Shown: positions 47,485-59,589, counted from the first letter of the stretch. The stretch: DNA of 64,000 nucleotides from an uncultured bacterium (GCA_963848965.1 CAWKFG010000004.1:192001-256000); one strand, 5' to 3'. The notes: generated by a model not told the origin, from the letters alone. Numbers and translations: made by a program.

Positions 47485-48657
47485 TTATAGTGGCACTGTA
47501 GAAAGCGATTTCCAGCTTATTACACGACCCTGCGACCATTTCTGATCTTCATCACCTGCATATATAACCATACTATTTTCAGGATCTGCTTGGGCCAACT
47601 CATTCCAAAACCTAAGGCCATCAAAAAAGGATGGTGAAATTGTCTTTGCTGCTTTAATCTCTATAGGTATAAGCGTTTGTCCTTTATCAATAATACAATC
47701 TATCTCATGCCCTGTATGATCTCTCCAAAAATATAAGCCAGGATCTTTTCCTTGGTTATAGTATCTTTTGGCTAAGTCTGAAATAATAAGAGATTCAAAA
47801 AGGTTTCCCTTAAATGGATGCATAGGAAGTATTTCTGGAGTTATTTTAAGAAGAGAGCATACGAGTCCTGTATCATAAAAAAATAATTTAGGGCTTTTAG
47901 TAACCCGTTTACTAAAACTTCTATAGTGCGGCCTTAACAGAAATACAATATAGCTTGCCTCTAATAAAGAGAGCCATTGCCGAGCAGTATTATCACTAAT
48001 ACCACAATCATTAGCAAGAGATGTTAGATTTAGTAGCTGCCCAATACGTCCAGCACATAATTGGATAAAGGTTTGAAACAAATCAAGATTCTCTACTTGC
48101 CTTAGTTGCCGAACATCTCTTTCAAGGTATGTATGAATATACCCTCTATACCAACGATCAGCAGGTACTTCAGTTGTATAAAGAGGAGGATATGAGCCTT
48201 TATACATAAACTCTTCTATAGCTTGAGGAAGGAGCTGTGCTGCAGAAAGTTCTTCTATAGAAAGTGGTAAAAGTGTATGAATAGAAATTCTTCCAGCTAA
48301 TGACTGTGTAATAGCTTGATTCATAAGAAAATTCTGTGAACCAGTTAAGATAAACTGTCCTGGTCTCTTTTTCTCATCAACATAGGCTTGAATATACGAA
48401 AGGAGCTCTGGCACATGCTGAAATTCATCAATGATAAGGCCATGATCATTAAGATACTCTGCCAAAAAACCTCGTGGATCTACTGAAGCAAAGGTACGTA
48501 AATCTATGTTTTCTAAATTCACATACCGATAAGTACCAAAAATTTCACGTGCTAAAGTGGTCTTGCCTGCTTGTCTTGGGCCTAGTATAGCAACAACTGG
48601 GAAAAATTTTGCCATTTTAAGGATATCAGCAGTCATAGCACGACGTATAATCATCAA
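47485..48657 (-). CDS. AAA+/DUF4143 ATPase
   Basis: GPRQAGKTT, IIDEFQ, LTGSQ, TYLERDVR, YFWRD, EIDC, PIEIK. Confidence 0.92.
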   Translation of the reverse strand: MMIIRRAMTADILKMAKFFPVVAILGPRQAGKTTLAREIFGTYRYVNLENIDLRTFASVDPRGFLAEYLNDHGLIIDEFQHVPELLSYIQAYVDEKKRPGQFILTGSQNFLMNQAITQSLAGRISIHTLLPLSIEELSAAQLLPQAIEEFMYKGSYPPLYTTEVPADRWYRGYIHTYLERDVRQLRQVENLDLFQTFIQLCAGRIGQLLNLTSLANDCGISDNTARQWLSLLEASYIVFLLRPHYRSFSKRVTKSPKLFFYDTGLVCSLLKITPEILPMHPFKGNLFESLIISDLAKRYYNQGKDPGLYFWRDHTGHEIDCIIDKGQTLIPIEIKAAKTISPSFFDGLRFWNELAQADPENSMVIYAGDEDQKWSQGRVISWKSLSTVPL

Positions 48658-50261
48658 TTTCTCCTATCTTTGAAAATTCGAATTTCAAATTCGGATTTTC
48701 ATTTTTCTTAGAATAGCATGATTTAAACAATAAAATCAATTGCTTAAGGCTTAATAAAGTAATCTGTTTAGCTTTATGACCTCTATATTTCCAATAAAAA
48801 TAGTTTGTAAAGAGCAAAGAAGGATCATATCTTCTTTTTAACGTAAAGAATTGGTCTATCGTAGGATAACCAGCTCTCAGCTGCTCTTTTGTAAAATACA
48901 GCTGATACGGCAAAAAGAAGGTTCCTCCGAGCTTTAAAGCAAGATTTATGAGTTCTTGTGTTACAACTTTCATGTTTTCAAGAGCAGGAACTGAAACTCT
49001 TTGATTAAGATAGAGCACAATAGCAAACATATCTTGAGGAGCATAATTTAGTAGAATAAAAGATTGAGGTACAATACGGATTGATACGTTAAGCACGAGT
49101 ACTTTTCTCTTTTTAAGAACCTGTTTCATGCCATCAATAAACTCTATAAACCGAGTATGCGGCACAAAATACTCCTGTAAAATATCCGTTTCTTGAGAAA
49201 GAATATTTTCAAGGTATTCAACTGAATCATGCATAATTTGATTACGCGACATAAAAGTTTCGCTTTTTAAAGGCAGAGAAATATAAGGATCAATATACTT
49301 TTCTGCAAACCACTTAAATATGCGTGCATACATACGCCTTTTTAGACAGATTAACTAAAAATCTTCGTGTATTTACAAAGCTTACACGCCTTAAAGGTTC
49401 AAAAGGTCCTGTATAATCTTTTACTGGCTTATAACCATAGACAAGAGCCTCTTGAAGAAATGATAGCGGTGAAGTAGATAAATGAGCATACAGAAGACCA
49501 TACGTTTTATCTCGTACAGCTTTCTCAAAGAATTCTGGAAGCTCTTTATAATTCATAATCTTAAGTATACTTTGATACATAACGTTGTCGGTCACTTTTA
49601 AGGTTACTTCAAGCACTACTCCAAAGAGGCCATAACCACCAATAACCGTATTAAAAAGCTCATCTTCTTGCTCAATTTTCTTAATAGAACCATCTGCAAG
49701 CATGATAGTAAACGATTGAACGGTTGAAACTAACGTTTCATAAGGATCCATTCCGTGAGCATTAACAGAAAGGGATCCTCCTACGGTAAAAATGTCTGTC
49801 GACTGCATAGCCTTAACCGCTAATTTTTTAGGATGAAGAAAGAGTTGTATATCATGCCAGGTAACACCACTTTGTACGGTAAGAAGCTTATTTTTCTCAT
49901 CAAGAGATAGAATTTTATTAAAAGAAGTCATATCAAGTACAAGAGCATTCTTAAAAAACGCCTGCCCACCCATACTATGCCGCTTTCCTGCTATCGAGAT
50001 AGAGAGCTTTTTATCTCGAGCAAGTAGTAATGCATTACGTATTTCATCAACCGTTGATACAGTAGCAATATCGTAAACAGGTGTTTCATTCAGACAACTT
50101 GCATCGTTAATGGTTTTATGAGAAGTGCTCTTATCACTATTTAACCTAATAGGGCAGTAATCTGGAGAAAGCGGTGTAGCAGCATAATAAACAATTACTG
50201 TACCTACATATATAACACCCAATGTTATACAGAGCAATAATAACTTTTTAAATGTAGTCAT
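48626..50261 (-). pseudogene. FAD-binding oxidoreductase (PCMH/VAO family), frameshifted near 49335 (possibly a sequence error)
   Basis: GKRHSMGGQ, VGGSLSVNAHG, GGYGLFGV in 49314..50300; ILQEYFVP, GGTFFLPY, KRRYDP in 48626..49333. Confidence 0.8.
48672..48700. promoter_or_regulatory. 29-bp near-perfect palindrome upstream of the AAA/DUF4143 gene
   Basis: GAAAATTCGAATTT-C-AAATTCGGATTTTC, one mismatch. Confidence 0.55.
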
Positions 50262-50337
50262 ATACCTTTTGCTTAAAAGCCTGATAATACCTCGAAGCAA
50301 TTATACATAATCTTACATATAAAAAAGAAGTCTTAGA

Positions 50338-50703
50338 TTATAAATGAGTTTTTTGATTAATCATTAAAAGCAAGATAGTAAGAAGTTCCTTAGGCAAAAC
50401 TTTAAGGTAGCTATCTTCTTGAATAGGTCCAAAATAAGGCACTGCACCTATGCTTAATAGAGATGTAGTAGGATTTACATTTGTGCTTTCTACTGCCATT
50501 TTAAGAAATTCATCTTTAAGATCTTGTGGAAGTATCCGGACTTGCTCTTTAAGCTCAGACCAGTTTTTCTTTATATAGCATATTACAAGCTCTTTTAAAG
50601 AAGTTATACGAGGCTTATGCAGATACGCAGGACCCGCCATCATAATAGGAACAAAAAATAAGCTTATTGCAAGCATTTTAAATATTTTATTGAACATTAA
50701 CAT
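50338..50703 (-). CDS. Small secreted protein with BC/Cul-box-like and F-box-like segments
   Basis: Signal peptide from ATG 50703/50697; SLKELVICYI...LPQDLKDEF and YLKVLPKELL. Confidence 0.7.
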   Translation of the reverse strand: MLMFNKIFKMLAISLFFVPIMMAGPAYLHKPRITSLKELVICYIKKNWSELKEQVRILPQDLKDEFLKMAVESTNVNPTTSLLSIGAVPYFGPIQEDSYLKVLPKELLTILLLMINQKTHL

Positions 50704-50710
50704 CCTTACG

Positions 50711-50869
50711 TTATTTAGAAGGTAATTCATCTTTAAGCTCTTGAGGAAGTACTTGGTATGCTTGTTCTTTAAACTGAGACCAATTCTGCCTGACATAGCA
50801 CAGTCCGTTAGCAACAACGATTGAAGAAGAAAGAAGAGCCATTATATATGGTATAACTTTATATGACAT
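50711..50869 (-). CDS. 52-aa mini-protein: signal peptide plus partial BC/Cul-box-like module
   Basis: Not in ORF track; MSYKVIPYIMALLSSSIVVANGLCYVRQNWSQFKEQAYQVLPQELKDELPSK*, homologous to the module in 50338..50703. Confidence 0.7.
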   Translation of the reverse strand: MSYKVIPYIMALLSSSIVVANGLCYVRQNWSQFKEQAYQVLPQELKDELPSK

Positions 50870-50997
50870 ATAAAATCTTCCTAATTTTATAACATTATTA
50901 TTTATTTACAATAGATAATTTTTATATTATCTTAAGATCTTAGTTCTGTCAATCAAAATGCTTTATATGATTACCCAAAGGCCTTCCTGAAGCATCT

Positions 50998-52921
<1,924 letters not shown>

Positions 52922-53123
52922 ACAATAACGTAACCTACAATAAAAATGACAAACGATTTTTCAAGAATATGCATATATACAGCATAACTCAAAACTATAA
53001 TAAATACAAACAGAATGCTCAAACAAGCTCCCTTTATCTTCAGTAAACAAATTCTCCAGAAAGCTTTATACTTAATGGTATACTCAAGCTAGAAACACAC
53101 AAACATTACCACGAGTTATAAGC

Positions 53124-54008
53124 ATGCTACTAGTTGTTGTTCTTTATGCGCTTCTTGCGCTTACCTTTCCTCTTAGCCAGTTTGCTCTTTACTATAGTAA
53201 ACCAGTATTTTTGATTGCATTTCGCATGCTTTTGGCAGGAGTGCTCTTACTCGGCTACTATCGTATCGTACGAGGAAAGATCTCTGTAGATAAAAAGGAT
53301 TGGTGGCTATTTCTTAAAACCGCTTTCCTTTACATTTACCTTGCGTTTATACCTGAGTTTTGGGCACTACAATATGTGTCTTCTTTAAAGACTACTATTA
53401 TGTTTTCCTTAACCCCTTTTATAACGGCTTTTTTTGAATATTTTCTCTTTCATTACCGCTTTAGTAAAGAAAAAATTGCCGGTATGATTGTAGGAACGTT
53501 AGGCTTTGTTCCTCTCTTATTGCTTCCCAATACCCAATGCTTACCCTTTGGTACGTGTCGCGTACAATTTTTACCTGAAATAATGCTCATGATAGCCATT
53601 ACCTCTGGCGCATATGCATGGTTCTTGGTAAAAGAGCTTAATAAAAAAGGATACTCGCTCATTCTTATTAATGGTATAACTATGCTTCTTGGAGGTTTTA
53701 TGAGTCTTATAACACATCTGGTGACTTCACCCCTTGCAGAGCTTCCTATTTCTGATTTTCCTCGTTTTCTTGTCTATACACTTGCTCTTATTGGTATTTC
53801 AAACGTTATTGTTTATAATCTTTATGGCACTCTGCTCAAAAAATATAGTGCTACATTCCTTTCATTTGCAGGCTTCCTTTCTCCAATTTTTGGTACTGTG
53901 TATGCCTGGCTTTTTTTTAAAGAACATATTTCATGGCACTATTTTGTCTCATTTATCTTTGTCTCGTTAGGGCTATGGATGTTCTATCATGGAGAGAAAA
54001 AGAACTAG
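53124..54008 (+). CDS. DMT/EamA family transporter
   Basis: Ten TMs in two repeats; FRMLLAG, LSPIFG. Confidence 0.88.
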   Translation: MLLVVVLYALLALTFPLSQFALYYSKPVFLIAFRMLLAGVLLLGYYRIVRGKISVDKKDWWLFLKTAFLYIYLAFIPEFWALQYVSSLKTTIMFSLTPFITAFFEYFLFHYRFSKEKIAGMIVGTLGFVPLLLLPNTQCLPFGTCRVQFLPEIMLMIAITSGAYAWFLVKELNKKGYSLILINGITMLLGGFMSLITHLVTSPLAELPISDFPRFLVYTLALIGISNVIVYNLYGTLLKKYSATFLSFAGFLSPIFGTVYAWLFFKEHISWHYFVSFIFVSLGLWMFYHGEKKN

Positions 54009-54011
54009 TGC

Positions 54012-55109
54012 CTACGACTTTACAGCAACCCAGAGATCATAAAAGTCTTGCTCACTCAAGTCACCTTCAAGAGACCCTAATTTTAAGAAGCTAAAGCGCG
54101 CGAATTGGTCACGTGACATAGAGAGCAATGATTGAATGGTAGGAGGTGCCTTAATAAGAGATAAAGCCTCAAGTGTAGGCGGGAAGAAGCCAAGAACTTT
54201 AAAATTATGGACTAGCATATGTGGCGTATACATAAACTTCATAAACTCATAGACGAGCTCATCTTTATCAGTACTTGTAGGAAGAGCAAAGCTTTCAATA
54301 GTGACAAGACTTCCTTCCTTGGGCACTAAAAAATCTATAAATGGATAATTAGGTATAATACGTGCACCATCTGCGCTTGATATGACAGCAATCGTCACAT
54401 TTTTAGACTGTAAATAATAACTTGCTCTCAAATCTGCATATGCTTCTACAAAAGGTTTCTGCCTTACGAGTACTGCATAAATAGCTGGCAACATATCTTT
54501 TGTTACTATATTGAAGTGACCATAAAGATAAAATGCCGTAATAGGTATTGCCAATAAAGGATCATTTGGCATGACAACTTTTGAAGGCATTTTTATAGAA
54601 TCAAATAATAACCTCCAGCTAGGTTCTACCTGCTTATCTTTAAAAGACTCTTTATTAAATCCAATTCCGTATATTGACCATTCATAAGGAATTGAATACT
54701 CATTTGCTGGATCAAAATAGTGACCAAGTAAAATAGGATTAAGTTGTGCAACAAAAGGTAGTTTAGTTTTATCAAGCTTTTTAAGAAGATTTTCTCGCTT
54801 TAAAATATTTACTGCATAATCAGAAGGAAATATAAGATCATAACCACGTCCTTTTGTAGCACGCAGTTTTACCAAAAGTTCTTCATTACTTTCATAAAAA
54901 CTTACGTTAACACGAATACCTGTTTGTTTCTCAAAGCGTGCAATATGCTTTAAATCAAACATTCCTGACCATGCAAAAACATTTATACTACGTACTGTAG
55001 ATCTAGCTGGCAACAAATAAGCTAGGTATAAAAATATACCAATAAGTATAAGCCAAAAAGCTACTATCGCAGTACGAATAAAAAGTTTTTTAAGAGTAAC
55101 CATAATCAA
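54012..55109 (-). CDS. potD: Spermidine/putrescine ABC transporter substrate-binding protein
   Basis: FEKQTGI, ESNEEL, YDLIFPSDY, DPANEYSIPY, PKEG. Confidence 0.9.
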   Translation of the reverse strand: MIMVTLKKLFIRTAIVAFWLILIGIFLYLAYLLPARSTVRSINVFAWSGMFDLKHIARFEKQTGIRVNVSFYESNEELLVKLRATKGRGYDLIFPSDYAVNILKRENLLKKLDKTKLPFVAQLNPILLGHYFDPANEYSIPYEWSIYGIGFNKESFKDKQVEPSWRLLFDSIKMPSKVVMPNDPLLAIPITAFYLYGHFNIVTKDMLPAIYAVLVRQKPFVEAYADLRASYYLQSKNVTIAVISSADGARIIPNYPFIDFLVPKEGSLVTIESFALPTSTDKDELVYEFMKFMYTPHMLVHNFKVLGFFPPTLEALSLIKAPPTIQSLLSMSRDQFARFSFLKLGSLEGDLSEQDFYDLWVAVKS

Positions 55110-55894
55110 AATATCTTTGTTTTATTATTAAGTGAGCAAAAAATAATCACCAAGAGACTACTGAGCACAAGCAAGAAAGTTGATAACGCATTTACTACAG
55201 GTGACGCACCAGAACGAATCATACTAAAAATATATAATGACAATGTTTGAGCTTCACTTCCTGCACAAAAGAACGATAAAATAAAATCATCAAACGAGAT
55301 AATAAACACTAAGAGTCCAGCAGCACTAACAGCAGGAAGCAATAGAGGAAATATAACTCTCCAGAATGTCTGTCCATAGGTAGCACCCAAATCGAGCGAT
55401 GCTTCAGTCATATGTTTATCAATTCCTAAAAAACGAGCGTACAAAATAGGAACTGTATATCCTAATCCTAAAACGGTATGGCCTACAATAAGGGTTTGCA
55501 GTCCCAAAGGGACTACTAAAAAAGAGAATAAGCTTAGCAATCCAGCAGCTAATACAATCTCTGGTACTATAATATTACCATAGAGAAAGAGAAAAAAACG
55601 GTTAAAACGCTGTGATACATTATGGTAATAAATAAGACCTAAACTCATTATACTACTTAAAAAAGTTGCAGAAAGCGCAACTATAAGAGAATTATAAAAT
55701 GCTTTCCAGAGAGCTGATGCATAATAGAGCTCTGTATACCATTCTGTAGTAAAGCCTTTCCATGGAGCAGGAAACGGCGCTGTATTGAATGAAAAAACGA
55801 CAAGCACTACCATAGGAATATAAAGAAAGAGATAAATAGCCGCAACAACAATAGACAGTCCTGTACCACTTGTTGCTCGTTCTAAAATATTCAT
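55106..55894 (-). CDS. potC: Spermidine/putrescine ABC transporter permease
   Basis: FLYIP...FSFN, EASLDLGA, SFDDF. Confidence 0.92.
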   Translation of the reverse strand: MNILERATSGTGLSIVVAAIYLFLYIPMVVLVVFSFNTAPFPAPWKGFTTEWYTELYYASALWKAFYNSLIVALSATFLSSIMSLGLIYYHNVSQRFNRFFLFLYGNIIVPEIVLAAGLLSLFSFLVVPLGLQTLIVGHTVLGLGYTVPILYARFLGIDKHMTEASLDLGATYGQTFWRVIFPLLLPAVSAAGLLVFIISFDDFILSFFCAGSEAQTLSLYIFSMIRSGASPVVNALSTFLLVLSSLLVIIFCSLNNKTKIF

Positions 55895-56751
55895 CTTTGT
55901 TCCTTTATGATTCTACGAGCTACAAGATATAACAATCCTACAAAAAGTATCAATGCACAAGAGCTTATCACCGTAAATGCAGCTCCTAAAGAAAGTGTGC
56001 GGTTTGCAAGAACATATTGAGAAATAACAGATCCTACAAACATATATTTTTCACCCCCCATTAAGCCAGGAATAGCAAACTCTCCAAAAGATGGTACAAA
56101 AACTAAAGCAAATCCTGAAAGAACACCAGAAATTGATAGAGGAAGCGTAATACGAGTCCAGGTATGCCATGATGTAGCACCCAAATCCGCTGAAGCTTCT
56201 AATAACTTTCGATCAAATCTTTCTAAAATAGAATAAATAGGTAATACCATAAAAGGAAGATAGCTGTATACCATAAGAAGCATAATCGCTATAAACGAAT
56301 TTAAAAGTTGTAATGGCTCATGAATAAGGCCTAAACGAAGTAAAATAGTATTTAAAAGGCCTCCCTTATCAAGCACAAAAAACCATGCATAGACATGCAG
56401 CAGAAAGTTTGTCCAAAATGGCAAAATTAAAAGAAAAAGAAAAAAGTTTTTTAATCGTCCTGCTTTAAATGATACAAAATAGGCAAGTGGATAACCTACT
56501 AAAAAACAGAGAATTCCATTTGCAAGAGCAAGAGCGAGCGACTTAAAAATAATAAAAAGATACGTAGAGCTAAAAAAATGAGTATAATTTTCAGTTGTTA
56601 CTCCTTGGTATACCCCAAATCCTGAAAACTTCAAGATACTTACTATTGCAATAACAATGAGCGGCAAATAAAAGAACAGTATTTGCCATAAAAGCACAGG
56701 CACTACTATAAAAAAGGGTTTTTCTCCTTTAAAATTTGTATGCATGCTCAT
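55891..56751 (-). CDS. potB: Spermidine/putrescine ABC transporter permease
   Basis: GYPLAY, LPFWT, YLPFMVLP, EASADLGA; ATGA overlap with potA. Confidence 0.92.
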   Translation of the reverse strand: MSMHTNFKGEKPFFIVVPVLLWQILFFYLPLIVIAIVSILKFSGFGVYQGVTTENYTHFFSSTYLFIIFKSLALALANGILCFLVGYPLAYFVSFKAGRLKNFFLFLLILPFWTNFLLHVYAWFFVLDKGGLLNTILLRLGLIHEPLQLLNSFIAIMLLMVYSYLPFMVLPIYSILERFDRKLLEASADLGATSWHTWTRITLPLSISGVLSGFALVFVPSFGEFAIPGLMGGEKYMFVGSVISQYVLANRTLSLGAAFTVISSCALILFVGLLYLVARRIIKEQR

Positions 56752-57839
56752 CGCTCCAGTAAGACAACGTTTTCTTTTTGCCAATAAAGATATACTTGAT
56801 TATCATAGTCAATAATTTCTTGCGGAAAATGCTCTTCATTCTGCTGAAAGACTTGTAACAACTCATTGTTGTTAAGCCGTATATTGTATTGAGTAGATCT
56901 TCCGTGGTAAATAATACCTTCAACAATTCCTTCAAGCATATTAGAAAAGCCGGACACTTTCTTTTTTGTGATATAAATCTTTTCTGGCCGCACACTCATA
57001 AGCACTGCATGACCTTCCTGCATCCACGACTTTATCTTAGGAATATAGATAGCAAAAGCACCTAACTGCGGAATATCAATAAGATTATCTTGAGGAGTAA
57101 ACCGCAAAGTACCATGTAAAATATTAGTACTGCCTACGAATTTTGCAACAAACGACGATACAGGAAACTCATAAATTTCCTTAGGAGTTCCAATCTGCTC
57201 AACTTCTCCATTATGGTTCATAATTGCCATCTGATCTGCAACTGTTAATGCTTCTAGCTGATCATGCGTAACATAAATGAATGTCGTTTGAAGCTTTTCT
57301 TGAAGTTCGATAAGTTCAACAAGCATGCGCTCTCGCAGCTTAAAATCAAGTGCAGCTAATGGTTCATCTAAAAGCAGCACTTCCGGTTCATTTACTACTG
57401 CACGTGCAAGTGCTACTCGTTGTTGCTGTCCTCCTGAGAGTTGGCTAATAGCTTTGTAGACATGTGCTTCCAAATGCACTGTCTTTAAGACTTTCATAAC
57501 CTTCTCTTTAATAACATCTTGTGACAGCTTACGTATACGTAAACTATAAGCTACATTATCAAAAACGTTCAGATGAGGAAACAGTGCATAATTTTGAAAT
57601 ACAGTATTAATGCGACGCTGATTAATAGGAAGATGCGTAATATCTTGGTTACCTAAAAAGATTTTTCCGCTGTTTACTTCTTCAAAGCCGCCAATTAAAC
57701 GTAAAAGCGTAGTCTTCCCGCATCCGCTTGGACCAAGCAAAGCAAAAAACTTTCCTGACGGAATATCAAGACTAATATTTTCCAAAATAGGTTCACCATT
57801 ATAAGACTTGGTTACGTTATCTATTTTAATGCTTCTCAT
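56748..57839 (-). CDS. potA: Spermidine/putrescine ABC transporter ATPase
   Basis: GPSGCGKTT, VFQNYALFPH, LSGGQQQR, LLDEP, VTHD. Confidence 0.94.
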   Translation of the reverse strand: MRSIKIDNVTKSYNGEPILENISLDIPSGKFFALLGPSGCGKTTLLRLIGGFEEVNSGKIFLGNQDITHLPINQRRINTVFQNYALFPHLNVFDNVAYSLRIRKLSQDVIKEKVMKVLKTVHLEAHVYKAISQLSGGQQQRVALARAVVNEPEVLLLDEPLAALDFKLRERMLVELIELQEKLQTTFIYVTHDQLEALTVADQMAIMNHNGEVEQIGTPKEIYEFPVSSFVAKFVGSTNILHGTLRFTPQDNLIDIPQLGAFAIYIPKIKSWMQEGHAVLMSVRPEKIYITKKKVSGFSNMLEGIVEGIIYHGRSTQYNIRLNNNELLQVFQQNEEHFPQEIIDYDNQVYLYWQKENVVLLER

Positions 57840-58536
57840 TTCTATTGGCACCTGCAAAATACATAGGAACTATGACATCTGAAAATGTACAAGGAATCAC
57901 AATTGCTACTACTAAAAAAAGAAATACATAACCCATCTGCGGATACCACTTATCAAATCCGTGAGCAACCATATAAAATAGTGCAGCTAACGAGCTAATA
58001 AGAATATGAATAAAATGGGATCCCAATGAAAATACACGTAACATAGAAGAATGATGGTACCTCAACACCAGACCATTTAAAATACCAACACCAAGAAAAG
58101 GAAGGACATTCTGCAATTCTCTATGAAAGCAGATATGCAACTCCATTTCTATACCTAAAGCTCTTCCTGAAAGATACGGTAATATCACGTCTGAAAGCAT
58201 ACAAAAAACTGCTGGTGAAATAGTGCCTACAATAAGAGCTTTGCCAATACTATGAGAAAAGCGCGAAAAGGTGATAATTGTTCCTGTTGCTGCAAAAAGT
58301 ATATGCAAAAAGTGAAAGCTATGAAAAAGCATATGATAGCCAGAACATCGTGCTTCACGGGCAGCAAGACCAAATGATTGTACGGTAGCCGAATAATCTA
58401 ATAAGCTCAATATGACCATACCCAACGCTACTGAAAATATTGCATAGGGAAGATGATGTAAAAGTTCTGCCTTAAGTGAATAATCGTGATGATGATGATC
58501 ATTATGAATGTGTGATGTATGCGTAGTATTATGCAT
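57826..58536 (-). CDS. His-rich membrane protein with internal repeat (putative metal transporter)
   Basis: Probable start ATG 58536; His-rich N-terminus; two HxxH...CxxSD repeats in TM segments. Confidence 0.7.
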   Translation of the reverse strand: MHNTTHTSHIHNDHHHHDYSLKAELLHHLPYAIFSVALGMVILSLLDYSATVQSFGLAAREARCSGYHMLFHSFHFLHILFAATGTIITFSRFSHSIGKALIVGTISPAVFCMLSDVILPYLSGRALGIEMELHICFHRELQNVLPFLGVGILNGLVLRYHHSSMLRVFSLGSHFIHILISSLAALFYMVAHGFDKWYPQMGYVFLFLVVAIVIPCTFSDVIVPMYFAGANRNEKH

Positions 58537-58779
58537 GATTCTCGAAGTAAAGATACGTGAATAATATTTTGTTCTCTTTATTGAATATACGCTTTTTCTA
58601 TAAGAAAGCAAAAAGCCTACTTTGTTTAGGGTACTTTTTATAGTACCTCTTTTTTTTATAAAAAGCCAGCTACTATCATGATTTTCGGCGTTGCCAAAAA
58701 AATAAAAGTACATAGACTTAGATAAAAATGAATCACGTCTGTGATAACCCTTTACGCGAAATAGCATGAAAGGATGTAT

Positions 58780-59589
58780 ATGCGTATACTTTTTACTCTT
58801 ACCTTCCTTCTTTTTACCTCTAGCGGATTCGCTCATGAACCATTGGGAGACAACTCTGATCTTGATACAGATATATCAGAAGACATAACACGTGGTCCTA
58901 GAGAACACGCAGAAGGAATCTCACTTATTGGAGCCAATCTTTCCCCTCAAAACGAAAAGTTTGTAAAAGACCTTATGAAAGAGCTTGATGTAGATTATGG
59001 CCTCACTCTTTTACAACCGTCCGCTTACTTAAAAGAAATAAGTCCTCAATTTGCTTATGAAGCTGTTTTTCTAGCTGAATACTATACGCTCTTTATTAAC
59101 GAAGAATGGCTTAACAAACTCTCTGAACAAGAAAAGCGCTTTCTTATTGGAAAAAATCTTTTAAAAATTAAAAATCAATTACCGTACTTTAAACGAGCAA
59201 AAAAGCACTTTCTAAGAACAGCAGGCTTTCGTATAGGAGAATTTGTTTCTACACTTATACTCTATAAGTACCTTGGAAGAACAGAAACATTCAAAGGATC
59301 TGGTTGGTGGAAGAGATTACAAAGGCTCAGTATTGCCCTTATTCCTACGTTCTTATTTGAAGTACTTATCCAGCGCCCTCTTGCTAAAAAAACTGAAGAG
59401 CAAATGCTTTTTGATGATGCAAAATATGCTGTAGAGACGCTCAACTGTCATGACGGAGCTCTACAACTGTATAACCGTCTTAAGGAAGAACTTGCGCCAC
59501 AGGCACAAACTTCCTATTGGTACTATTACTATAAAGGCTTAGAAAAACTGATACCGTATATTGAATCTTTAAAAGCTCAAAAAGCTTAA
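58780..59589 (+). CDS. Secreted M48-peptidase-like protein lacking HExxH
   Basis: FINEEWLNKLSEQEKRFLIG followed by KNLLK where HExxH is expected; two TM segments follow. Confidence 0.55.
   Translation: MRILFTLTFLLFTSSGFAHEPLGDNSDLDTDISEDITRGPREHAEGISLIGANLSPQNEKFVKDLMKELDVDYGLTLLQPSAYLKEISPQFAYEAVFLAEYYTLFINEEWLNKLSEQEKRFLIGKNLLKIKNQLPYFKRAKKHFLRTAGFRIGEFVSTLILYKYLGRTETFKGSGWWKRLQRLSIALIPTFLFEVLIQRPLAKKTEEQMLFDDAKYAVETLNCHDGALQLYNRLKEELAPQAQTSYWYYYYKGLEKLIPYIESLKAQKA

Noticed and set aside
58537..58836. N-terminal extension of ORF 57826..58836
   Set aside because: Overlaps the divergent gene and its promoter region; composition is not protein-like; ATG 58536 is the more plausible start
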